The notes beneath the pieces were generated by a model, which saw nothing but the letters and a program-made list of their open reading frames with translations, had not been told where the DNA came from and ran no database searches. Positions 27,592-41,400 of a stretch of DNA of 64,000 nt are shown here, in pieces; position 1 is the stretch's first letter, and each line of letters starts with the position of its first letter. Location of the stretch: the NCBI GenBank assembly GCA_040357565.1, contig JBDODJ010000035.1; one strand, written 5' to 3'. The position numbers and the translations under genes are program-made. This DNA comes from Cercozoa sp. M6MM (Eukaryota > Protista > Endomyxa: Ascetosporea).

Positions 27592-28785
27592 ATGCCACCT
27601 AAACGCGCACGCTCGAGGAAGTCGCCGTCAATGTCACCTCTGCCGGCACCTCTCAACACAGCCGTCGATTCGGAAGAGAGCTCCGGTGCCGTAGCACCGC
27701 TGAAAACAGCTCCTGCGAAGCGCTCTGCTGTAATTCTCGCTTTCTCTTCCTGGTTCTAACTTTCAAGTGGTGGCATGGCTCGTATGGGTAAAGACCACCG
27801 GGCAACCGGCAAAGCGACGCAGAGTGTCAGAGCAGAAGTCCGACTCGGCTGCGCGTCTCTCGCCACAAGAGAAGTTCAAAAAGAATCTCCGTGAGAAGAA
27901 GCGACGCGGCGACATCAACGAATTGTTTGACGAATTGTGCCGTCACCTTGCACTGCCCGTGCGCAGCAAGACAGAAAAGGTGACCATTCTCGCCGGGGCT
28001 ATCAACCTGATCGAGAGACTGACGGCCGAGATTGAAGAATTAAAACAGGTAGAACTGTACTTAAGTCCTTCACCGCGAAGCATATGAGTATCACTGTAAA
28101 ATTTGCATTAAAGATTGACGATAACTTGCAGGAGAAGCAAGAGATGCGTATCGAACTGCAAAAGTTGGCCGACGCAGTGCAAACTGTTCTGACGGGTGCA
28201 ATGCCATTCCCTTCTCCAAGCAGTACTGGCGGTGCCGCAAACCTTGGCTCGCTGAGCAACTCCTTGACCGGTGGCAGTCTCAGCGCCGTCGGCATGCCAG
28301 GCTTGCTGCCGTCGATTTCTGCTTCCGACGCAACATTCGTCAGCGCTGCGGCCGGACTTGGTGGCAACGTACCTGGTGTTCCGCCTCTGGTACTGCACTT
28401 CCACAACCAAAGCACCGCCAATTGTATAAAACTTATATTTGATGCACACTGATTGTCGGCAGATCCAACAGCCGTCAAGCATGACGTCGCCATCGAGCGC
28501 AGCCAACTTGATGTCGCCGATTAAAGAGAAGGCCGACGGGGGTGACTCTGCCGACGTGGTTTGTTTTGCCTCCTACCCCGTCCGTATCCGAAAACAATAC
28601 ACCTTGCACGGTAGGCCAGCATGGGCAGCACAGGCGGACAGGTAGTTCAGGCAGAAGTTAGTTCTGACAGCGAGGGTAAGGTGCTACCCGGGGCAACGAC
28701 GGTCCCGGAAACTGCAGCGACAGCGACAGAGGCCGCTGCAGCTGCGCCGACTGTGGCAACCACCAAGAGCATGCCGTGGTTTTGA
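27592..28785 (+). CDS. bHLH-leucine-zipper transcription factor
   Basis: KKNLREKKRRGDINELFDELCRHL...KTEKVTILAGAINLIERL is followed by the heptads TAEIEELKQEKQEMRIELQKL. Start MPPKRARSRK, end SMPWF*. Confidence 0.85.
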
Positions 28786-29098
28786 AATCGGCGGTTTGAC
28801 TTAAATTTAAAGTGAAAGCCAGCCGTCTGTTCATACGCCTGGTGGCCTCTAAATATTGCATCATTCGGCTTTATCGACTCAGACTTGCCGAAACCGGGGA
28901 ATGCTAGCGCAGTTTTCAACGATTTTGGCATGTAAGTAGAACTCGACTTGGACATCAGTACGAATTCGGAGCCAGACTGACTCACTTTCTCGGTCAATGG
29001 TCAAGCCCGTGAAGCGGAATGGTCCGCGAGGTCGTATTGGACTGAACAGCGTTGTTCCTGTGTTCCCCATCTACTCTTGAGAGTCCAAAACAGAGAAA

Positions 29099-29821
29099 AT
29101 GGCAGCCAGAGAAGCGATGCCCGCCTGTATTGACGCTTTTTTGTTTTTGAGTTCGTGGCAACTGTTCTTTGCTCCTCCAGGGCTCAACCAGGTATTTCAA
29201 GCGCTCGGCGTTGCCTCGGGCACCCGCGACATCGTTCGCGAGATAATTGAGCGTCGTCTTCGCTTTGAAACAGATCAGTATCGCGCGCAGCTGGATCAGT
29301 GTCGCGCGCAGCTCCTCGAGGTCGAGCGCGTGTTGGTACACAGTGTGGTTTGTGCTTTTTAAACTGATTGTTAGAATCCTTGCTTGCAGCTCGATATGCG
29401 TAACGTGGCCGAACCTTTGCTTAAGTTGGTCGACGACGCCGTTGAAGCAGACGCGAAGTCACTACAGGTTACTGTGCGCCTTGGCAGCAACGGCACCTCT
29501 GAGGACGGGAACGACAGTGGTGATTCCGAGGATGACGAAGGTGGCGCTGAGTTTGAGAGCGGCAGTTCCCCTGAAGGCAGCAGCAGTAACTCCGCCGAGA
29601 ACAGCAGCTCCGCCGAGAACAGCAGCGAATCACACAGCAACACGGGCACATTGGAATATCATCACGTGTGTGTTGACGTTTCGGACAAGCCTGCAGGTGA
29701 AAAACGCCAGGCTGTAGCTCGTCGGGTGGAAAAGGGTACATTCACGTTTATTATCTTTTGTCACCGAACAATAGCTTGTTGCTCAGTTCGCCGTCGCAAG
29801 CGCCGCAAACTACGCAGTTAG
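29099..29821 (+). CDS. Hypothetical small protein with a coiled coil, an acidic/Ser-rich tract and a basic NLS-like tail
   Basis: Exons 29181-29335 and 29389-29735 join in frame through a GT-AG intron. The C-terminus is RRRKRRKLRS. Confidence 0.5.
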
Positions 29822-30055
29822 TTCGGTTCAGTCGACTAAGAAACCAACTAAGTAGTTCCCCAGTGGGGTGGGTCACAAGCGCATGGCCGTAGTCCACCGC
29901 CCGCATAGCGTGGAGCCGCCATGACTTCGAGTAATTACACGAAATCTGTCTCTGGTCTTGAGAGAAGTAAATCTCGAGCATGATGCACACGATTGATAGC
30001 CGACAGGCGAGAGCTAGTTCTTAAGCTTGGCATAGGTCGGGGCCAACACGATGGA

Positions 30056-30403
30056 CTACACACCCAAGCAAGGTACATTGTCGACACACTCTTTTTCGTA
30101 CAAACATTGACCCAGCAGGCTAGTGTATACCTGCATATCGGACGGCTTGCCAGGCGGGTGCGCGTGTCGCGTGGGACCGATCACCAAGGCACTGCCATGC
30201 GCGACATAGCCACGCAAGATCTTGCGTCGAATTAGCGAGGTCAGACGCGCCTGTGAAGTAGACACATCATACTATACAGGAGACACAGACCAGGGTGAGG
30301 CACGCCTACCTGGAGAGAGTCGGACGTGGCACGCCAGCCAGCAGCACCACAGCAGTCGAGCAGCATGTTCAACCTCAACACCTATATGCACACACCATGA
30401 AGC

Positions 30404-30476
<73 letters not shown>

Positions 30477-32805
30477 CACAGGGAGAGTCAACTACCTTGC
30501 GTTGCGACCAGGGACAGTGTGTAGTGCCTCGTAGCCATGCATGGAAACTGCAATAACAAGGTAGGGTACGAGCAGAGTGACATAAACGCAGTGTACACTG
30601 AGTTCAGAAAGCGCGCCAGACAAACATCGCGCAGTCGCTCCGCAATATGCCAGATTCCGAGGTCCTGCCGTCAAGAGGTAAACGAATTGGAGGAGGGGGT
30701 AAGGGGTAGGGTCGAATGTAGAAGGGTGGTACAACGAGCGTGAGCATGTACTCGTCGAGGAAGTCGTCGAGCGGTGCTACGAGTCCATGACGCACCAGGT
30801 GTGTCAGTTGCGTAATCTACGGGGGGGGGGGGCCCCTAGCATAGGCTACACGGAAGAAAGGGTGGCTGTACCAGAGTAGGAAGATGCTGTGCCGCTTGCT
30901 GCGACGGGAAGATGCCGCGCATCATCTGCAACGGCGCCAGGTACATGAGGCTGTCCATGCACATCACACATGGAAGGGGGAGGACGGTGAACAAAGTAAC
31001 AGCATACATTTTTTGCAAGTTGGCCTGTTGTCGCCAGTCGCACAGTCGCAGCGCCTCCAGCAGATGTTTCTCGGCAGCGTCGTACTCCTCCTCGAAGAGA
31101 CAGAAGCGACCCAGGTAGTACTCGAACTCGACGTACTCGCACAGCGGAAACACGCGTCTCCTGTACATAAGCAGGAGTAAGCGTATGTACGACATGCATG
31201 GTACAAACATGTCCATTTGGACCGACAAGTATGGACACAGACGATATGGACAGACGGTATAGACAGACAGGATGCACACCTGTCCGGGTCGAGACGCGAC
31301 TCAACCTCAGCAATGGCCTGTCGCACCTCTGCCGCCGACGCCTCGGTCGGCAACTCCTGCGTCGCCAGCGAGTCCGTCGTGTCGCCCAGTGCGCCGCCTC
31401 GACTGCCGGGCAGACCACCCACGTGCAGTGACTTGGTCGGGTAGCTGCGACCAGTCCAGGTGTCTGGTGCTTTACCTCTTACCTTGCCCTTTACCCCCTC
31501 CCCCCCCCTACCCCAGCTGCTAAACTATAGCTACCGAAGGACGAGTTGTCGCTGCGAAATCACGCGTGGCACTGTCTTGCCTGCCTGTGTCCAAGGCAAG
31601 TCATCCCCTGTACAGAGTGAGTGATGGCTTCAAGTGTAGGTAGGTACCGAGTAGTTCTTCATGCGGAACCACAGCGGAAACAACAGCGTCACCGTGGCCA
31701 ACGGCAAGGCACGCACGCTACGCCGCCTGTGCAGATATACATGTAGGGAACGAGGTCAGGCAGGTAGGTAAGAAGGCAGGTAGGCGGAAAGCAAGGAAGG
31801 CAGGTCAGGAAGTTAGATAGGAAGGGCATGAGTCGGGTAGATAAGGCGAGAAGGTCGGGTGGCGGGGTAAAGTGGATCCTACCATGAGGCACCCTGCCGA
31901 GCCTCACTCTTGCCGGCAGAGATCGAGGTGCGGAACAATCGCATCAAGGAATCTACAGCTCGCTCCAGCGGTGACCTGTTGCATCCCATCCAGATAAACA
32001 TGAGAACATAACAGGTGGCACACGAGGCCACAATTTGTTTGTACCGATAGCCAGCACTCGTGTCCTTCCTGCTCTCTCTGCACACAGTTGTCTCTGGGGT
32101 GCTGGGTAGGTACACAGAAGTACAAGGTACCGATCGGCAGTATCGGCAGCGAAGGCACACTGCGTCAAATGACGCAACAACAATCGCATCACCGGCAGCC
32201 ACCAGTTACTGTTGCCTGACGGGTAGGGAGGTAGGGATGGGTAGGGTGGGGGGTCAAAGGGGAGTAAAGCTTCCCCCAGTACCGAGTGTGCGCGCACCCT
32301 GCTCGACGTGCTTGTGGAACACGGCGACGGCCTCCTGTGCCGCAGTGAAGCACTCCTCAGCATCGCCTCTCGAACTGGCCAATGCAAGCTACAGGCACAA
32401 CTCGACTAAACACCCTTTATGCCTAGCCATAGCAGCACGCTACAGTACCTGCACAATCTGACCGAACGGAGGCGGCAGTCGCACGATCAACTACAGTGTG
32501 TTAAACAAGAGACTTACAACAGACACAAGCAGACACACTGAAAAGCAGAACATAGAGTGAGTACGTTGGGCATCTCGGAGGCGTGCTGCATGAGTTCCTG
32601 CAGCACGTGCGCGAAGTTGTCACCTGCCGTGCCTGCCTGCGCACTGGCTCTGCGCTCCAACAGCCGCTCGTACCTCACATTACACCGACATTAGGCAATA
32701 CAAAAGGTACTGCTGAGCATCTATTCCAGGCGGCGAAGCAGCCGGCACACCTTTGCCCTGAGAGATCAATGCGCGCAACTGCTGCATCCGCGCGGACACG
32801 TCCAT
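30056..32805 (-). CDS. PCID2: PCI-domain protein PCID2/Thp1/Csn12 family; 3' end approximate
   Basis: FPLCEYVEFEYYLGRFCLFEEEYDAAEKHLLEAL, LMYLAPLQMMRGIFP and the winged-helix segment LTSLIRRKILRGYVAH match PCID2-family motifs as I recall them. Confidence 0.75.
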
Positions 32806-33255
32806 TGGGATGAATTGGATTGCTGTGCTTTTTCTGTCTAGTTCAGCTTATCAAATGCACTAAGTACACTCTACAACACACGCATACGACAGGGCACACC
32901 TAGTGGCACAGAAAGCGGCGTGTTGGGCTGCGGCTCATGCTTTGAGTCGGTAACGGGTTTAGGTTTCGACATTGACAATTCGCTCGAGTGACAAGAGCAC
33001 TCACGGCACCACACTATACGTGAAACTCGCCTGAACTTTTAGCACTGCGAGGCACAAGAAAAACGTGGGAGTGTTTGGCAACACTGGGCAGCCAATTTGT
33101 TACGATCGTCACACTTTCCCAGGTGGGAGGTGCTCGCTTACCTCGTGTCTGTCTTGTTCCAGTGAAGGCCAACGTTCCCCTGTGCAGTTGGACAGCAAGG
33201 GGTGCCAAAGACGCGGGAATCTTAGTTGTGTCTGTGTGCGGCCGTACGGGTCAAC

Positions 33256-35272
33256 ATGGAGCACGTGCAGGCGCAGTTGCGCGACGCGCAGCACACGGGC
33301 GACCCGGAGAAGGCGGTGCGAAGTGTGAATGCAGCACGTGAGGCCATCCGCGCGGCTGTGAGTGGCTCGGTTGACCAGGGTCAGGTGGGCGGCGTGCTGC
33401 ACGAGCTGGCATGTGTGCTGGATGACCTGCCGCAGCTGCGACTCGAGGCCACGCACGGCCAGGCGTCATCACAGGTCCACCCCCATTTACCCCCCCTGTT
33501 TACCCCCTGTTTACCTCCCTGTTTACCCTTTTAACCTCCAATCGCACTCTGTGTTTACCCCTGTTACTTCTCTTATCCGCATCCCTCTTGTGCAGGCCGC
33601 TCATGCCGGCGAATTGGAGGCACTGCAGGTCGCCAGTGCGGAACAACTGGCGAAAGGCGAGCACTACTGCGTGCGCCGACTGCAGCGTATCGATGCACTG
33701 CTGTCGCATGATACTGCGTGCAGTGACCTGTGCGACCTGCTTACACCCAAGGTAGCTAGTTGCTTCCTTCCCCCTAACACCCCTGTGACCCCCTTGACAC
33801 CCTTCCCGTAGACCTGGACGGAGGAGTCGGTGGCATCCATGAGCGGCGCCGTGGCCGTGCTGCATGTTGTGCACCGCCGCGTGCGTCGCAAGGTGCTGCT
33901 GTCGCGACTGCTACTGCCGCTGGCGCGACTGCTGGCCAGTCTGTGCCTGGCACAGGAGAGCGCACTCCGCCTCATAGAGCAGCTGTCGGTACACATGCTC
34001 CCTGTACTGTACCAGTGTACTGTACCAGTGTACTGTACGAATGTATACTGTACTAGTGTACTGTACCAGTGTACCGTACCAGTGTACCGTACCAGTGCAC
34101 TGTACCAGTGTGCTGTCCCAGTGTACTGTCCCAGTGTACTGTCCCAGTGTACTGTACGAATGTATACTGTGCTAGTGTGCTGTACTAGTGTACTTTACTC
34201 ATGTATACTGTACTAGCATGTATACTGTACTAGTGTACTGTACGAATATTAGTGTACTGTACTATTGTATACTGTATTGTATACTGTAGTAGTATACTGA
34301 GTGTACCGACCGTTGTACTGCACAGGTACTGCGCGTGGCCTGGCAGCGTGGCACCGAGGTGCTGCGGGTCTGCCTGCTGGCCGCTGAGCACGAGCGCAGT
34401 CAGCGCCGGTCGTCGGAAGACTACGGCGCCCTTCTGCTGCCGCTGCTGCGCACCGTCGATGACACTGTGGTACGGGACACTGTACGGGACACTGTGGTAC
34501 GGGGGTAGGATACGGGCTATGAGGTGAGGATACGGTGCTCTATGGTGGGGACAGGCGGACCTGCCGTCGCTGATGCACGCGTGGACGCGCTTGGAGACAG
34601 CGCTGACTCGTCGACTGCTGCAGTGCGACAGCGTCACTCTGCGTGCCTCGGCACTCGCCCTCCTGGCCGACGCCCTCGCTCTTGTGCGCCGATACGACCG
34701 CTTTCGACTCGCTCGCGCACTCGCTGTACTCACCCCCCCCCGAGATGCCTCTGCTTTTATTTGTGCTTGTAGCTTTATACATTTACTGAGCCCTACTGGT
34801 GTGCATATACCTATATACTCATACCTATATACCTATACCTTTACCTATACATATTCCTATACCTCTACCTCTACCTCTACCTCTACCTCTACCTGTACAC
34901 GTATACCGATCCACCTATACTTTTATACACATGTACCTTTTCGCCCTCCCCCATGATCTTCATGTACAGGAGAACGTGAGGCAGCGAGTGCGCGACCTGA
35001 TGCTGCGACGAGCGCACGCACAGATGCACGCGCACGTGCGCGAGGTGTTTGCCTTCATGGTAAGTCCTGTGTACTGAAGAGGGCGTGTCTGTGTATACTT
35101 AAGGCTGCTGTCTGTGACTACAGGCCAAGGAACGAGCCGATGCGAGCGACATACGGGCTCTGTGGACGGCCTGCGTAGCCGCCGACGCCGAGGCGGACGC
35201 GCGGCGGCCCTTGCTGGCCGAGGCACTGCGCTCCAAGGCGTACGACCCGCTGTCCATTGCGTCCTTCCTGGT

Positions 35273-35316
<44 letters not shown>

Positions 35317-35416
35317 NNNNNNNNNNNNNNNNNNNNNNNNNNNNNNNNNNNNNNNNNNNNNNNNNNNNNNNNNNNNNNNNNNNNNNNNNNNNNNNNNNNN
35401 NNNNNNNNNNNNNNNN

Positions 35417-35464
<48 letters not shown>

Positions 35465-38400
35465 TGGCATGTGTCATTGGCGTGTGTGACACATGCCAAG
35501 TGACTGACGGTATCTGGGGGGGGGGGGGCGATAACTAGGACGGTGTGCCACGTGCGCAGACGCAGAGCAAGGTGATGGAACTGCCGCGCAGTGCCAACTC
35601 GGCGCGACTGCTGTGCACCGTGGCACGTGCGCTGCTGCAGCGAGGCGATCCCAGCGTGCCACGTGGCACCGAGCAGATCATCAACCGCGTGGCCACGTGG
35701 TCACTTCAGGTACCACATGCACACGATCATGGGTCACTGGTGTCACTTGGGTCACTGAGAGACGGTGTGAGTGTGCAGTGGCCCAACGACGGTGACGACG
35801 GTCCGCGTGCGTGCGCCTCGTTGCTGCGCGAGCTGCCGCGCCTGCTGCCCGAGACGTCGCTGCTGCCGCTGCTGCGCACGTGTCTGCGGCCGTGGTTGCC
35901 GTCACTCTTCCAGAGGTACACTCTCCCAGGGTACACGGAGGGGGCGGGAACTAGGGGCTAGGAGGCAAGGGGCTAGGAAGCAACACGTGTCTGTGCAGGC
36001 CGTCGCACCTGAAGCTGCTGACGCAGGTGCTGGAGTCGCTGCGCGCACGTGACCTGAACGACGGTGAGTCACATGGGCACAGTCGCGTGGCTACGCTGCT
36101 CAAGTCGCTGGTGCCACCGTCGACGGTAACATCATCGGTGGCATCATCGGTGGCATCATCGGTGCCACCGCCAGTGTCACCGTCGGTGACTGCAGGGTCA
36201 CCGTCGGCATCAGCGACCGCGGTCTCGTCCGCCGGGTCGGCTTGGGGCACCGGCAGGCCCAAGTCGGCCGCGTGGCTGCGCGCGCACTGCGTCGCCTCGC
36301 TCACGCGGCACGCCGCCTCACTGCACCGATTCCTCGACCTCGACGGCGACGCCGTGGACGCCAAGGTGCCGCTTTACCCCCATTTACCCCCCTATTATTC
36401 CCCTATTATCCCCCTATTAATCCCCTATTAATCCCCCTATTAATCCCGCTATTAATCCCTATTTATCCCCCCATTAATCCCCCTATTTATCCCGCCATTT
36501 ATCCCCATCTATCCCTCTATTTACACCCATATTTATCCCCTATTTAGTCCCTATTTACCCCATATTTATCCCCTATATAGTCCCTATTTACACCCGTATT
36601 TACCTGCCGATTTACCCCTATTTAGTCCCATCTTACTCCCCTATCTACCTCTCTCTATCCTCCTCTTTATCCCCTGACGCCCTATGGCAGATGCGGCAGG
36701 AGGCGCAGACGCAGGGCGAGTCGGTGCAGCGACTGGTGTCTCTGCACCTGCGACTGCTGCGGCAGCACTCGTCTCTCCCGCTGTCTGACAACGACGCCTG
36801 CCAGCTGCTGCATGCTGCTGCACAGGTGCGGCCTTTACCCCTGTTTACCCCCCTCCCGTTTTAACCCCCTGTTTACCCCCGTGTTTACCCCTATTTACCC
36901 CCCCCCCCTGTGTGCAGCTGCTATGTGCGCCAGAGTTTCTATCGTCGGCAGTGTCAGTGCGCAGTGCGATCCTCGACTTTCTGTGTACGCTCCATCTCAT
37001 CAGGGGGGGGGGGGGGTGTATAAGGGTATGGGTATTGGAGTATTGGGTATGGGGGCATAGGGGTATGGGTATAGGGGTATAGGAGTATAGGTCATAGGGG
37101 TAAAAGGGTATGTGTGTGTGCAGCCGACGAGTACGCGCAGGCACACGCGGCGGTGCAGGTGCCGGTGCAGCCTGCTGCCGACGGTGCCGACAGCAGCTGT
37201 CTCAGCCGAGTGGCCTGTGAGGCACTCGAGGTGCTCATGCTCGCCGTGGATGTGCAGTCGCCCAACGACCCTGCTATTGAGGTAGCCTGTTACTTCCCTG
37301 TTACTCCCATCTTACCCCGTCTTACTCCCCGTCTCACCCCCATCTTACCCCCCCCCCCGTCTCACCCCTCTTAACCTTCTCTTCCCCCATCTTACCCTCG
37401 CCCCGACAGGACATGAAAGCGGCCTTTCTGGACGAAGCGGCATGGCGACTGTTCCAGCGTTGCTTCATCACTCGCAATAGGTATTACCCCCTCCCTCATT
37501 GCCCCCAGTGCCCCCATTGCCCCCATTGCCCCATTGCCCCATTGCCCCATTGCCCCATTGCCCCCATTGCCCCCATTGCGCCCATTGCCCACAGTGTGCC
37601 CTCTGATTTACCCCCCCCCCGTGTAGACTGGACAACACGCTGCGTGTGCAGCACCAGCGTCTGCAGCTCGTAGTGCTGGACGAGGGCGACGGTGCGGCGA
37701 CGGTGCCGACCGGGTGGGACAAACTGCTGGCCGTGGCCGTGACCTGCGACACGGACGGTGTGGCACGTGCTGCCTCCGACCTCGTGGCGCGCCTCGTGCG
37801 TCAGTCGCCTCTGCGTGCCTTCAGTGCCACTGGTACGCACTGTCCCCATTGATTCCTACTGGTCCTTATTGATCCCTACTGGTCCCACTGGTCCCAATTG
37901 ATCCCTACTGGTCCATCTCGGCTCAGGCGGACGGGACGCACTGGTGGTGTCGCTGCTGCGGTCGCTGCAGGCGCTGCTGGGCGACGTGGTGGCGGCCGGA
38001 CAGCTGCACCGGCCCGAGCAGCGACGACTGGCGACTCGCGCGGCCGCTCTGCTGCGCCACGTGGTGCTGGCACGTGTGCCCTCACTGAGACAGCACATGA
38101 CCACTCAGGGCTTCCAGCGCTGGCGACTCTGGTCGCACGAGTCGGCTAGACTCTGCGAGTCGCCGCTCGCCGAGTCCTCCGCGCGGACGCTACCCGGACA
38201 CCTGTCCTTCGCCACTGCTGCTGTACACCCTTGTGTCTCACGTGCTATCGTGCTCACGTGCTACCGTGCCCACGTGCTACCGTGCCCACGTGCGCAGGTC
38301 ATGCCGGACGAGATGGCCGACCCGTGCCTGCGCGAACTGGTGTCGTCGAATCTCTCGCTGCCGCGCAGTGCCACCGTGGCCGACCTGCGTGCGAGGTTTT

Positions 38401-41400
38401 TACCCCCCCCCATCTTGCCCCCATCTTGCCCCCATCTTGCCCCCCATCTCACCCCACCTTGCCCCTATCTTACCCCCTGTTACCCTCCCTCCAGTGCTGC
38501 GAGGTACCTCGGCGTGCCTCCCGACAGCGTGCGTCTGGCCATCCGCGCGGCCGACTGTGCCGCCGATGCCTACGACCAGCCTGTCAGTCTGACCACAAGT
38601 GCCACTGGCGACGACAGTCCTGTCGGTACCACAGGTACTACGGGTACAGGTACTAGAGGTGCAGGTACTAGAGGTACAGGTACTGCAGGCACCTGGCGTC
38701 CCGTCGAGGGCAGCGAGTGCCTGCCGCTCGCCATGTTCCTGCGCGCACCTGTGCCGTCCGAGGCGCACGTGCTCGTATGGCCGGTAGAACCCTCTCTCTC
38801 TCTGTGGCTGATCTCTCTGTGTGACTGGACTGACTGGTGTGATCAACTGACGGTGTGACTGACTGACTGGTGTGACCAACTGACGGTGTGACTGACAGGT
38901 GCACGAGTGCGACACGGCCGACGAGAGCGAGAGCGCGGAGACGCAGCTGCTGGCCAAAACGCCGCCCGAGCTCTGGCTGCCCGAGGACCTGTGTGTTTTA
39001 CCCCCTGTTTACCCCCCCCCCCATTTACCCCCTATTTACCCCTCTGTTTACCCCCCTGTTTACCCCCATCTTTACCCCTCTTTCCTTCCTGTTTTCCTCC
39101 CTGTTTACCCCCCTCCTCCCGGGCAGTGCCCCGCCAGTGACGCCGTCCTTCGTGGCCTGGAAGTCGCTGCTGTCGCCGCAGGAGCAGCAGCTGCTCTTCA
39201 CATGGACTGCGCCGCTCGCCTGGCTCTCGCCCGACCTGGCTGGTGGCTTTACCCCTCCCCCTGTCCCCCTGTTCACCCCCCTATCCCCCTGTTCACCCCC
39301 TATCCCCCAGTTTACCCCCCCAGTGACCCCCCCCCCCCCCCGGGACAGAGCTGGCGCTGGTGCTGCAGTACCGCGAGGGAGCGCCGGCACTGACGACGTC
39401 GGAGGACACGGCGTCGCAGTCCAGTACGGACGATGCCGTCGGTCAGTACACGGTCCAGATGGACGGCGAGACGGTCCGTATGTACGACCTGGAGGACAGC
39501 AGTAGCCAGGAGGACGAGTGCTCGGACGCGTCCGCCGAGTCGTCCGAGTGGGACGACGGCGCCTACTTCTCGGACACCGAGTCGGACGCGCTGTCGGAAG
39601 CGGCCTCCTCCGACGACGACGATGACTGGTACCAGCGCACGTGGGTCTCACTGGGACACGTGGGTCTCACTGGGACACGTGGGTCTCACTGGGACACGTG
39701 GGTCTCACTGGTGGGTTCCACTGGGCACGTGTGCCACTGGACAGGCCGCAAGGCCGACTGGGCGCCGAGTGGCCGCGGCTGCAGGACGACGCCGTCGACG
39801 TGTCCGCGCTGACGCCGCTGCTGTCCGCGTGGAGCGATGCGCCGCTGCACCTGGCGCTGGCGCTGGAGCGACTGCTGCTGCGCCGACTGCACGCGCGCCA
39901 GCTGCGCCACCTCGCTCTCCGACGGCGCAGGTGCTACCCCATGCCCTAATATCCCATGTGTATACCCTACCCATGTACCCCTACCCTATGTACCCCTACC
40001 CTATGTACCCCTACCCTATGTACCCCTACCCTCTGTACCCCATGTACCCCTACCCTATGCACCCCTACTCCATGTACCCCACCCTCAGAGGCAAACGTCG
40101 CGGACGGTCACCGGCGTATGCGCGGCCCAGCAGCGGCGGCGGCGTGGTGACGCGCGCGCAGCGGCGGCGTGCCTCGGCGTCGCTGGCGCTGCTGGCCGCC
40201 GTGGCCGTGCCCTTCGCGCAGTCGCTGCGGCAGCGCGTCGCTGCGGCCGACGGTGTGTTTTACCCCCCTGTTTACCCCCCTCCCCCGTTTACCCCCCCCC
40301 CCCCCGTTTCCCCCTGCAGGCGACCTGGCGGCAGTGACCGCGCTGGTGAACGACGGCGACTGCAGCCGTGCGCGCGGACTGCACCAGCTGCTGGCGGTGG
40401 CACAGGCACTGCGCGCTCTGGCACAGGACGCCGTGCGTGTCACCGTGACTACCAGTGGTATCAGTGGTGGTATCAGTAGTGGTATCACCACTGGTGGTAC
40501 CACTGGTACCGAGTCGCAGCAGCAGCACCGTCTCCTTCTGCCGTCGTCGGACCTGCCGACACTGGATGAACTGTTGCGCACGGTACCCTGTCTTACGGGG
40601 GGGGGGGGGTAACACGTGTGTGCACGTGTGGACACGTGGGCACGGTGCAGGTGTTCCGCATGGCACTGGCCGTGGTTGATCTGGGCGGGCAGGACGGTGC
40701 CGCCGTGGACGAAGTGATCTACCGCACCGGCATGGCCACGGTGGTTCGCTGCGGCGCCTCGCTGCTGCTGGCACGTGCGGCACCGTGGCAGCCGGAGGAG
40801 CAGGCACAGGGGGGTAAAAAGCAGACGCAACTGCTGGCAGACGTGGCAGGCGACTACGCGCGGCTGCTGGCGGCGCTGCTGCACGACGAGACACGCGCCG
40901 CACTGCAGCACTCGGCTCTGCTGTCGCTGCGCACCTTGGTAGCTTGCCCTCCAGTTGGCACGTGTGCTCCAGTCCAGTGAGCCAGTTAGTGATCCCACTG
41001 GGCACATGTGAGCAGGCCAGAGTGAAGTCACGTGGCGCCAGTGGTATGCACCATGCCTTGGTGGAGACACTGGCGTCCTACCTGACCACTGCCGATGACA
41101 CCGAGGACGACGAGGCCTTTGACGGACAGGACACCATCTTCGAGGCACTCTCGGCCTTCTTGCCGCTGCTGTCGGCGCTGCCGCGGTGCGTTTTTNNNNN
41201 NNNNNNNNNNNNNNNNNNNNNNNNNNNNNNNNNNNNNNNNNNNNNNNNNNNNNNNNNNNNNNNNNNNNNNNNNNNNNNNNNNNNNNNNNNNNNNNCGTTT
41301 ACTCCCCTGTTTACCCCCTAACTCCCCGGGCAGGTGCGGCCGGAACTGCTAGGCGGCGACAATGCACTAAACTGCGAGCAGTGCGGTACCTCTGTATGTA

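Noticed and set aside
33989-34325. CRISPR-like or mobile-element interpretation of the short repeat arrays
   Set aside because: There is no repeat-spacer periodicity, TIR/TSD, transposase, RT or cas gene. They are degenerate intronic tandem repeats in a eukaryote.
41100-41340. USP apparently lacking its catalytic Cys box (pseudo-DUB)
   Set aside because: A 100-N gap of unknown true size sits exactly where the Cys box and the N-half of the UCH domain belong, so absence cannot be claimed.
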